Origin: Alphaproteobacteria bacterium
GTDB lineage: Bacteria; Pseudomonadota; Alphaproteobacteria; MPNO01
Direction of reading: 5' to 3'
Length of the DNA: 64,000 nucleotides
Assembly: GCA_965248835.1 (NCBI GenBank)
Contig: CBDFLJ010000001.1
Location: 1,920,001-1,984,000 of the forward strand
Part shown: piece by piece, positions 56,634 through 64,000 of the stretch
Numbering within the stretch: the first letter of the stretch is position 1
Layout of the letters: every line of letters starts with the position of its first letter
The notes under the pieces: generated by a model
The model's database searches: none
Seen by the model: only the letters and a program-made list of their open reading frames with translations
What the model was told of the DNA's origin: nothing
Position numbers and translations under genes: made by a program

Positions 56634-57480
56634 ATTCGACGATCCTGCGGACCGAGTCCCGCGCGCTGGACGATGACGGGTCCGACCGGATCGCATCGTA
56701 GCTGTCGCCCTCGAACAGGATTTGGTGGACGGTGCCGCCGCATTTGCGGTAGCCGGCGATGAAGGACTCCATGTTCTCGCGGGGATGGACCGGATCGTCC
56801 GGGTGCTGCAGGTAAAGCATCTCCGGCGTGTCGATCTCATCGCCGCGCTGGACGATGAAGTTCGCGCTGCCTTCTTCCATCGCCTGTTCGGTGAGCCAGT
56901 ATTCGAGCTGGTCTTCGAGCAGCCCGGCCTGGCGCTCGTTGCCCTGGCCTTCGGCGACGCGCTGCCCGACGATGCGGTAGCGCGAAAGCGGGCAGATGAC
57001 CGGCCACAGCGTCACGACATAGCGGACATGCGCATCGATGCCGGCAGCGCCGTCGAGCGGGACCGCTGCGTAGCGCGGGTCGTCCGGCTTGATCGCGGCC
57101 AGCACCGCCAGATGGCCGCCGCTCGAAGTTCCCATGGTGCCGACCAGTTCCGGCCTCGTATCGAATTCCCCGGCATGGGCCTTGAGCCAGCGGATTCCGT
57201 AGTTGACGTCGGCGACCGAGCCCGGATAGGTCGCTTCGGGAGGGTTGCGAAAATCGAGCGCCGCAACGACCACCCCGCCGCTGGCCACCGCGCCGTTGAC
57301 CGCGTCGTTGCCGACGCGGCTGCCGCGCCGCCACGCGCCGCCATGGACCTCGACCACGGCGGGAAACGGCCCCGCGCCCTGCGGCCGGAAAATCCGCGCG
57401 AGATAGTCCGTCTCGCCGTGCCGCAGGTATGCGACTTCCTCTATTTCGACCTCGTAGATGTCTTGGACGTGCGTTGCCAT
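56608..57480 (-). CDS. alpha/beta hydrolase (HSL-like esterase)
   Basis: Oxyanion HGGAW, YPGSVADV, nucleophile GTSSGGH. Confidence 0.85.
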   Translation of the reverse strand: MATHVQDIYEVEIEEVAYLRHGETDYLARIFRPQGAGPFPAVVEVHGGAWRRGSRVGNDAVNGAVASGGVVVAALDFRNPPEATYPGSVADVNYGIRWLKAHAGEFDTRPELVGTMGTSSGGHLAVLAAIKPDDPRYAAVPLDGAAGIDAHVRYVVTLWPVICPLSRYRIVGQRVAEGQGNERQAGLLEDQLEYWLTEQAMEEGSANFIVQRGDEIDTPEMLYLQHPDDPVHPRENMESFIAGYRKCGGTVHQILFEGDSYDAIRSDPSSSSARDSVRRIVEFIHRASGG

Positions 57481-57518
57481 AACCCTTCCTTTCGATGGGT
57501 TCGATGCGCCGGCGCCGT

Positions 57519-59147
57519 TCAGGCGGTCGGCAGCTTGTAGGCCTTGAAGTCCTCGCGGAGCTTGGTCTTCAGCAACTTGCCGGTCGCGGTGTGGGGCAAC
57601 GCGTGGACGAAGACCACGTCGTCGGGGATCCACCAGTTGGCCACCTTGCCCTTGAAGAAGGCGAGCATGTCCTCACGGCTCACCTCGGCGCCGTCCTTCC
57701 TGACGACCAGGAGCAGCGGGCGCTCGTCCCATTTGGGGTGGGCGATACCGATCGAGGCGGCTTCGGCGACGGCCTCGTGGCCGACGGCGATGTTCTCGAG
57801 CTCGATGGAAGAGATCCACTCGCCGCCCGATTTGATGACGTCCTTCGCCCGGTCGGTTACCGTCATGTAGCGTTCTGCATCGATGGTCGAGACGTCGCCG
57901 GTCGCGAACCAGCCGTCGGCATCGTGCGCCTCGGAGCCGGACTCGCGGAAATAGCCCTTGCACACCCAGGGACCGCGGACCTTGAGCGTGCCGAAGGCAA
58001 CGCCGTCCTCGGCCAAGGTCGCGTCGTCGTCATCGACGATCTTCATCTCGGCGCCGAAGATCGCCCGGCCTTGGCTCACCTGGCGGTCGCAGAACTGCGC
58101 GGCCGTCTCCCCGGTCATGCCGTTCTTGGGACCGTTGATGGTGCCCAGAGGCGACATCTCGGTCATGCCCCAGGCGTGCCAGATCTCGGCATCGTGATGC
58201 TCCAGGAAATACTCGGTCATCGCCCGCGGCACCGCCGAGCCGCCGACGATCAGCCGCCGGATGCTCGACAGCTTCTCGCCGCTTTCGGACAGGTATTGCA
58301 TGAGCCCGAGCCAGATCGTCGGCACCCCGGCCGAGATCGTCACCCCTTCGCTCGCCACCATCTCGTAAAGCGCCTGACCGTCCGTTCCGGGCCCGGGCAG
58401 AACCAGCTTCGCGCCCATCATCGGGGTGAAGTAGGGAAAGCCCCAGGCATTGACGTGGAACATCGGCACCACGGGCATGGCGGCGTCGGAGGCGGACACG
58501 CCCACCGCATCGGGTGCGGCGGCCGCCATCGCGTGCAGCACCGTGGAACGATGGGAGTAGAGCACGCCCTTCGGATCGCCGGTGGTGCCCGATGAGTAGC
58601 ACAGCGAAGAGGCCGTGTTCTCGTCGAGCACCGGCCAGTCGAAGTCCGGCTCGGCTTCGGCGAGCAGGCTCTCATAGCAATGGACGTTGGCAAGCCCGGT
58701 CTCGGGCATGTTCGCCTCGTCGGTCATCACGACGAAGGCCTCGACCGTCGGGAGCTGATCGGCCAGCACCTCGACCAGCGGCACGAAGGTCAGGTCGACG
58801 AACAGGACCCGGTCCTCGGCATGGCCCACGATCAAAGCGATCTGCGGCGGGAACAGCCGCGGGTTGATGGTGTGGCAGATCGCTCCCATGGAGGAGGAGG
58901 CGTAGTAGATTTCGACATGCCGATGGGTGTTCCAGGCCAGCGTACCGACCCTGTCGGCCGGTTCGACCCCGAGCGCGCGCAACGCATTGGCCAGCCGCTT
59001 CATCCTCGCGTGGGCATCGGCGTAGCCGTAGCGGTGGATCGGACCCTCGACGGTGCGTGAGACGATCTCGGTGCGGGCGTGATTGCGCGCCGCGTGCTCG
59101 ATGATCGATGAGATCAGCAGCGGGGTGCCCATCATCAGGCCTTGCAT
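57519..59147 (-). CDS. acyl-CoA ligase, 3-methylmercaptopropionyl-CoA ligase (DmdB)/AlkK-like
   Basis: [76 protein letters not shown]. Confidence 0.88.
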   Translation of the reverse strand: MQGLMMGTPLLISSIIEHAARNHARTEIVSRTVEGPIHRYGYADAHARMKRLANALRALGVEPADRVGTLAWNTHRHVEIYYASSSMGAICHTINPRLFPPQIALIVGHAEDRVLFVDLTFVPLVEVLADQLPTVEAFVVMTDEANMPETGLANVHCYESLLAEAEPDFDWPVLDENTASSLCYSSGTTGDPKGVLYSHRSTVLHAMAAAAPDAVGVSASDAAMPVVPMFHVNAWGFPYFTPMMGAKLVLPGPGTDGQALYEMVASEGVTISAGVPTIWLGLMQYLSESGEKLSSIRRLIVGGSAVPRAMTEYFLEHHDAEIWHAWGMTEMSPLGTINGPKNGMTGETAAQFCDRQVSQGRAIFGAEMKIVDDDDATLAEDGVAFGTLKVRGPWVCKGYFRESGSEAHDADGWFATGDVSTIDAERYMTVTDRAKDVIKSGGEWISSIELENIAVGHEAVAEAASIGIAHPKWDERPLLLVVRKDGAEVSREDMLAFFKGKVANWWIPDDVVFVHALPHTATGKLLKTKLREDFKAYKLPTA

Positions 59148-59270
59148 CGCATCTCCTCCAAGGCTCCGGACAGGTTCGGCATCGCTTGCGGCAATCTATC
59201 CCCGCGCCCGGCGGGCGACAATGCGCCGGGCCCGTTATAGACTCCGCCGGCAAAACATGGGGATCCATCG

Positions 59271-60584
59271 ATGGTCGAGGCGAAGCTTCCGCGGTTCGAC
59301 ACCCTGAGCCTGCACGCCGGCCAGCAGCCGGACCCGGTGACCGGCGCACGCGCGGTGCCGATCTACCAGACGACGTCCTACGTCTTTCCCGACACGGACT
59401 ATGCGGCATCGCTGTTCAACCTGGAGCGCGCCGGCCACATCTATTCGCGGATTTCCAACCCGACCAACGCGGTCTTCGAGGAGCGCATGGCCGCGCTCGA
59501 AGGCGGGGTCGGCGCGGTGGCCACCGCGAGCGGGCAGGCCGCACTCCACCTCGCGGTCGCGACCCTGATGGACGCCGGCGGGCATATCGTATCCTCGGCC
59601 TCGATCTATGGCGGCAGCCACAACATGTTCTCCCACACCCTGCCGCGTTTCGGCATCACGACGAGTTTCGTCGATCCCCGCAATCCGGAGGCCTTCGGCG
59701 CGGCGATCCGGCCGAACACCAGGCTCGTCTTCGGCGAGACGCTGGGCAATCCGGGCCTCGAGGTCATCGACCTCGCCGCCGTCACCGCGATCGCGCACCA
59801 GGCGGGGATCCCGGTCCTGATCGACAACACGTTCGCATCGCCGGCGCTGTTCCGGCCGTTCGACCACGGCGCCGACCTGGTGCTCCATTCGGCAACCAAG
59901 TTCATCGGCGGCCACGGCATCGCCATCGGCGGCGTCCTGATCGACGGCGGCACATTCGACTGGGACGACTCGGGAAAGTTCCCGACGCTGACCGAGCCCT
60001 ACGCCGGCTATCACGGCATCGATTTCGCCGAGGAGTTCGGCCCGGCCGCGTTCATCATGCGCGCGCGCGCCGAGGGGTTGCGCGATTTCGGCGCATCGAT
60101 GAGCCCGGCCAACGCCTTCTACCTGCTGCAAGGGCTGGAGACCCTGCCGCTGCGCATGGCGCGCCACGTCGCCAATGCGCGCAGGATCGTGGCCTTCCTC
60201 GACAACCATGCCGGCGTCGACTGGGTAAGCTATCCGGAGCTCGACAACCACCCCGACCACGCGCTGGCAAAGCGGCTCCTGCCCAACGGCGCCGGCGCGG
60301 TGTTCTCCTTCGGGATCGCCGGCGGACGCGAGGCCGGGCGGGTGTTCATCGAACGGCTCAGGACGTTCTCCCATCTCGCCAATGTCGGCGATGCCAAATC
60401 GCTGGTCATCCACCCGGCCAGCACGACGCACCAGCAGATGGACGCCGACGCCTTGAGGACCGCCGGCATCGGCGAGGAGCTGATCCGCCTGTCGGTCGGT
60501 CTGGAAGACCCCGAAGACCTGATCGAGGACCTCGACCAGGCGCTGCGGGCGGCCCGGCGCGCCGTACCGCTCGCCGCGGAATAG
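59271..60584 (+). CDS. O-acetylhomoserine aminocarboxypropyltransferase/sulfhydrylase (MetY-like)
   Basis: AVPIYQTTSY, YSRISNPT, HSATKFIGGHG (PLP Lys), LRDFG, HLANVGDAKSLVIHPASTTH. Confidence 0.92.
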   Translation: MVEAKLPRFDTLSLHAGQQPDPVTGARAVPIYQTTSYVFPDTDYAASLFNLERAGHIYSRISNPTNAVFEERMAALEGGVGAVATASGQAALHLAVATLMDAGGHIVSSASIYGGSHNMFSHTLPRFGITTSFVDPRNPEAFGAAIRPNTRLVFGETLGNPGLEVIDLAAVTAIAHQAGIPVLIDNTFASPALFRPFDHGADLVLHSATKFIGGHGIAIGGVLIDGGTFDWDDSGKFPTLTEPYAGYHGIDFAEEFGPAAFIMRARAEGLRDFGASMSPANAFYLLQGLETLPLRMARHVANARRIVAFLDNHAGVDWVSYPELDNHPDHALAKRLLPNGAGAVFSFGIAGGREAGRVFIERLRTFSHLANVGDAKSLVIHPASTTHQQMDADALRTAGIGEELIRLSVGLEDPEDLIEDLDQALRAARRAVPLAAE

Positions 60585-60593
60585 GGGCCGGCG

Positions 60594-61388
60594 ATGGAAT
60601 TCAGGGTCGGGCGCCACACGGCCTTCGCTTCGACCGGCGGACGGCCGTTCGATCCGGCGAAACCGGCGATCATCTTCGTCCATGGCGCGGCGAACGACCA
60701 CTCGGTGTGGCAGCTTCCGGCGCGCCATTTCGCTCACCACGGGTTCTCCGTGGCGGCGATCGATTTGCCGGGGCACGGGCGGTCGAAAGGCAGGCCGCTG
60801 GCTTCGATCGCCGAAATGGCGCGCTGGCTCGGTGATGTGCGTGGCGCGCTGGGGCTGGAGCACGCCCATCTGGTCGGGCACAGCATGGGCTCGCTGATCG
60901 TGCTGGCGGCGGCGGGAAGCGCGCCGGAGGGCGTCGAGCGCATCGTGCTCGCCGGCGCGGCCCCGGCGATGCCGGTGCACGAGGACCTGCTGGAAGCGGC
61001 GCGGGCGGGCGATCACGCCGCGATCGACCTGATCACCTATTGGGGGCTGAGCCATGCCTCCCAGTTCGGGATGCACCGCTGTCCCGGCCTGTGGATGAAT
61101 GGCGGCATCCAGCGCCTGCTCGGCCGCGCGGCGGACGGCGTGCTGGCGACCGACCTGGCGGCCTGCGCGGGCTTCGAGGACGGCACGGCGCTGGCCGCTA
61201 GGGTGCTGGCGCCGAGCCTGCTGATCCTCGGCGAGCGCGACATGATGACCCCGATCGCCGGCGGCCGCGCGCTGGCCGATACGATCGCCGATGCCCGCAC
61301 CGCGGTCTTTCCCGGCTGCGGCCACATGATGCTCGCCGAACGCCCCAACGAGACCCTCGATGCGTTGAGGGACTTTCTCATCGACTGA
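60594..61388 (+). CDS. alpha/beta hydrolase
   Basis: FVHGA, DLPGHGRS, GHSMG, GERDMMTP, GHMM. Confidence 0.9.
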   Translation: MEFRVGRHTAFASTGGRPFDPAKPAIIFVHGAANDHSVWQLPARHFAHHGFSVAAIDLPGHGRSKGRPLASIAEMARWLGDVRGALGLEHAHLVGHSMGSLIVLAAAGSAPEGVERIVLAGAAPAMPVHEDLLEAARAGDHAAIDLITYWGLSHASQFGMHRCPGLWMNGGIQRLLGRAADGVLATDLAACAGFEDGTALAARVLAPSLLILGERDMMTPIAGGRALADTIADARTAVFPGCGHMMLAERPNETLDALRDFLID

Positions 61389-61409
61389 CCAGAAGGCATC
61401 GACCCGCCC

Positions 61410-62606
61410 ATGGAATTCACGCTGCCGCCCGAGATCGAGGACTACAGGATTCGCGTGCGCGCGTTCGTCGCCGAGCACATCCTGCCGCTGGAGGCCGATC
61501 CGGCCAACGCCGAGCCGCACGAGAACATCCGCGAGGACGTGCTCAAGACCGTCCGCGCCAAGGTCAAGGAGGCCGGTCTGTGGGCGCTCCAGATGCCAAA
61601 GGCCCGCGGCGGCCAGGGATTGCCGGTGGTCGGCATGGCGGCCTGCTACGAGGAGATGAACCGCTCGATCTACGGCCCGGTCTGCTTCAACTGCGCAGCA
61701 CCGGATGACGGCAACATGATGGTCCTGGAGAAGGTCGCCACCGAGGCCCAGAAGGAGCGCTGGCTGCAGCCGATCGTCGACGGCACGGTGCGCTCGTCCT
61801 TCGTGATGACCGAGCCGATGCCGGGTTCGGGCTCCGACCCTTCGGCGATGCGGACCACGGCGACCCGCCGCGGCGGGAGCTGGGTGATCGAGGGCCACAA
61901 GTGGTTCATCACCGGCGCCGAGGGCGCGCAGCACTTTTTGCTGATCGCCCGGACCTCGGAGGACCGTCGCCGGGGGTTGACGGCGTTCGCCTTCGATGCC
62001 GATCAGCCCGGGTGGGAGATCGTCCGGCGCATCCCGATCATGGGCCCCGAGGAGCATGGCGGACATTGCGAGCTGCGCTTCGACGGGCTGGAGATCAACG
62101 ACGAGAACCGGCTGATGGAGGTCGGCGACGGGCTCAAGTTCACCCAGATCCGGCTGGGCACCGCGCGGCTGACCCACTGCATGCGCTGGACCGGCATGGC
62201 CAAGCGCGCGCTGGAGGAATGCTTCGACTATGTGCGTGCGCGCGACAGCTTCGGTTCCAAGCTCGCCGAGCACGAGGGCGTCCAGTGGATGCTGGGCGAG
62301 GCGGCCATGCAGGTCGAGATCGGCCGGCTGATGACCATGCGGGCCGCGGCCAAGCTCGATACCGGCGACTTCGCCCGCAAGGAGGTGTCGATGGCGAAGA
62401 TCGTCGTCTCCGAAGCGCTGCACAAGGCGATCGACACGGCGATCCAGCTTCTGGGGGCGCGCGGCTATTCCAAGGACACCAAGCTGGAGTGGATGTACCG
62501 CTATGCCCGCCAGGGCCGGATCATCGACGGCGCATCGGAGGTCCACAAGATGGTGATGTCCCGCGAGCTTCTGGCCGAGGGCATCGATTTCTGGAGCTGG
62601 GATTGA
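61410..62606 (+). CDS. acyl-CoA dehydrogenase (ACAD10/11- or LvaC-like)
   Basis: NCAAPDDGNM, MTEP, KWFITGA, QIRLGTARLTHCMRW, RIIDGASEVH. Confidence 0.9.
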   Translation: MEFTLPPEIEDYRIRVRAFVAEHILPLEADPANAEPHENIREDVLKTVRAKVKEAGLWALQMPKARGGQGLPVVGMAACYEEMNRSIYGPVCFNCAAPDDGNMMVLEKVATEAQKERWLQPIVDGTVRSSFVMTEPMPGSGSDPSAMRTTATRRGGSWVIEGHKWFITGAEGAQHFLLIARTSEDRRRGLTAFAFDADQPGWEIVRRIPIMGPEEHGGHCELRFDGLEINDENRLMEVGDGLKFTQIRLGTARLTHCMRWTGMAKRALEECFDYVRARDSFGSKLAEHEGVQWMLGEAAMQVEIGRLMTMRAAAKLDTGDFARKEVSMAKIVVSEALHKAIDTAIQLLGARGYSKDTKLEWMYRYARQGRIIDGASEVHKMVMSRELLAEGIDFWSWD

Positions 62607-63589
62607 GCGGGCTGGCCGGGTTCATCGCCCGGGCGGCGCGCGCGGATTCGGTCACCATCGCGCACGACGCCAAGCTCGCGGGCGGCGCGATCCAGGAAAA
62701 CCGGGCGCTCGATGTCGCCATCGAAGGCGGCGACTACCATGGCAGCCACGCGCTGGTCCTGCGCACCGAGGCGCGTTCCTCGGTCCCGCCGAGCCGGCCG
62801 ATCGCCCAGCAGTTCGCTTTCCTGAAAGCCGCACGCGCGGCCGGCGTGACCGTGCCCGAGCCGCTGTGGCTGTGCACGGACGCGGCGGTGACCGGCCGGC
62901 CGTTCTTCATCATGCGCCGCATCGCCGGTGTCGCGCTCGGCAACCGCGTGGTCAGAGGCGGACCCAACGAGGCGCTTGCTGCCAAGCTGGGGGCCGAGCT
63001 CGCCCGTATCCATTCCATCGTCCCGCCGCGAAGCGATCTCGCCTTCCTCGGCGATCCGCCGGCCGCGCCGGCGATGGCGGGCATTCGGACCTACCGCGCC
63101 TATCTCGATGCCGAGCCGCTTCCCCATCCGGCGGTCGAATGGGGCCTGCGCTGGCTCACCCGCCGCGCGCCGCCCGGCGGGGAGATCGTGCTCGCCCATC
63201 ATGATTTCCGCACCGGCAATTACATGATCGACGGCGACCGGCTGACCGGCATCCTCGATTGGGAGTTCGCCGGCTGGTCCGACCCGATGGAGGACCTCGC
63301 CTGGTTCTGCGCCAAGTGCTGGCGGTTCGGCGCCAACCATCTCGAAGCCGGCGGCATCGCCCCGCGCGCGCCGTTCTACCGGGCATACCAGGACGCCTCG
63401 GGACGGGCGATCGAGCCGGATATCATCGCCTACTGGGAGGTCATGGCCCATGTCCGCTGGGCGGCGATCGCCATCCAGCAGGCCGGCCGCCACCTGTCGG
63501 GGCGCGAGCCCGACCTGGAGCTCGCGCTGATCGGCCGCAAGGTGGCCGAACTCGAGCACGAGATTCTCGCCATGACCGGAAAGGCTTGA
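62603..63589 (+). CDS. APH-family phosphotransferase (LvaA-like)
   Basis: GGAIQEN, VPEPLW, PFFIM, HHDFRTGN, ILDWEF, DPMEDL; TTGA overlap with the ACAD stop. Confidence 0.88.
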   Translation: MSGLAGFIARAARADSVTIAHDAKLAGGAIQENRALDVAIEGGDYHGSHALVLRTEARSSVPPSRPIAQQFAFLKAARAAGVTVPEPLWLCTDAAVTGRPFFIMRRIAGVALGNRVVRGGPNEALAAKLGAELARIHSIVPPRSDLAFLGDPPAAPAMAGIRTYRAYLDAEPLPHPAVEWGLRWLTRRAPPGGEIVLAHHDFRTGNYMIDGDRLTGILDWEFAGWSDPMEDLAWFCAKCWRFGANHLEAGGIAPRAPFYRAYQDASGRAIEPDIIAYWEVMAHVRWAAIAIQQAGRHLSGREPDLELALIGRKVAELEHEILAMTGKA

Positions 63590-63592
63590 GCG

Positions 63593-63949
63593 ATGCGCGA
63601 CCAGCCGACCGCCGTCGACCTGCTGGAGACCGCGCGCCGGGCGCTGATGGACCGGCTTCTGCCCGCCCTGCCGGGAGACCAGCGCTACACCGCGCATCTG
63701 ATCGGCGCAGCCATGGCGATCGCGGCCCGCGAAGCCGGCGCCGGCGGCGCGGCAGAGGCCGCCGAGAAGCGCGCGCTGTCGGCCCTGCTGGCCAGCGACG
63801 GCTCGCTCGAAGACCTCAACCGGGCCTTTGCCGCGGCGATCCGCGAAGGCCGGTTCGATACCGAGCGCGAGCAGGCCTACCGGATTCTCGTCGAGGCGAC
63901 CCGGGCCAAGCTCCTGGAGAACAACCCGGGCTATCTAGGCGAGAGCTGA
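63593..63949 (+). CDS. DUF6285-like small protein (LvaB-like)
   Basis: MRDQPTAVDLLETAR...LLPAL...RY...AMAIAARE...AIREG...KL.ENNPGYL. Confidence 0.75.
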   Translation: MRDQPTAVDLLETARRALMDRLLPALPGDQRYTAHLIGAAMAIAAREAGAGGAAEAAEKRALSALLASDGSLEDLNRAFAAAIREGRFDTEREQAYRILVEATRAKLLENNPGYLGES

Positions 63950-64000
63950 TTCGACGCCGGCGGCGAGCCGCAGCAGATCCGCATCGCCCATCGTCGGGCC
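63935..64000 (-). CDS. C-terminus of a probable amidase (truncated by the window end)
   Basis: GPTMGDADLLRLAAGVESALA* matches amidase C-termini (G..D..LL..A...E). Confidence 0.45.
   Translation of the reverse strand, partial: GPTMGDADLLRLAAGVESALA

Noticed and set aside
59235-62546. 1103-aa minus-strand ORF
   Set aside because: Antisense shadow of metY, the hydrolase and the ACAD.
1-64000. CRISPR arrays, rRNA/tRNA, prophage or defence genes
   Set aside because: No regularly spaced repeats, structural RNA signatures or phage/defence protein motifs were recognised by eye.

Overview
High-GC alphaproteobacterial chromosomal segment, probably Rhodospirillales-like (inferred from the bolA-dnaJ-cobST, purD-xseA-M23 and pmbA-ubiD gene contexts). 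Positions ~1-21100 form an eroded catabolic island with Rieske oxygenases, two amidases, a TRAP transporter, an enolase-superfamily enzyme and an orphan Mo-hydroxylase large subunit, interspersed with IS3, IS66, IS21, IS5 and IS4 remnants and one apparently intact IS1182 nested in an IS21 remnant. Positions 21115-28955 hold the most unusual locus: tandem UbiD-family (de)carboxylase paralogs transcribed divergently from an operon of Rieske oxygenase alpha/beta, a MetE-like Zn thiol-alkyltransferase and an MsmA/MsmB-like Rieske alpha/beta pair, with no reductase, ferredoxin or ubiX nearby. The remainder is mostly housekeeping or catabolic: purD, xseA, pmbA, ubiD, a selenate/phosphonate-type ABC transporter with a D-loop deletion, cobST, a frameshifted LLM monooxygenase-CocE pair, liuABD, dmdB-like, metY-like and an lvaCAB-like module. 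No rRNA, tRNA or CRISPR array was recognised. All calls come from manual motif recognition; no database searches were run.
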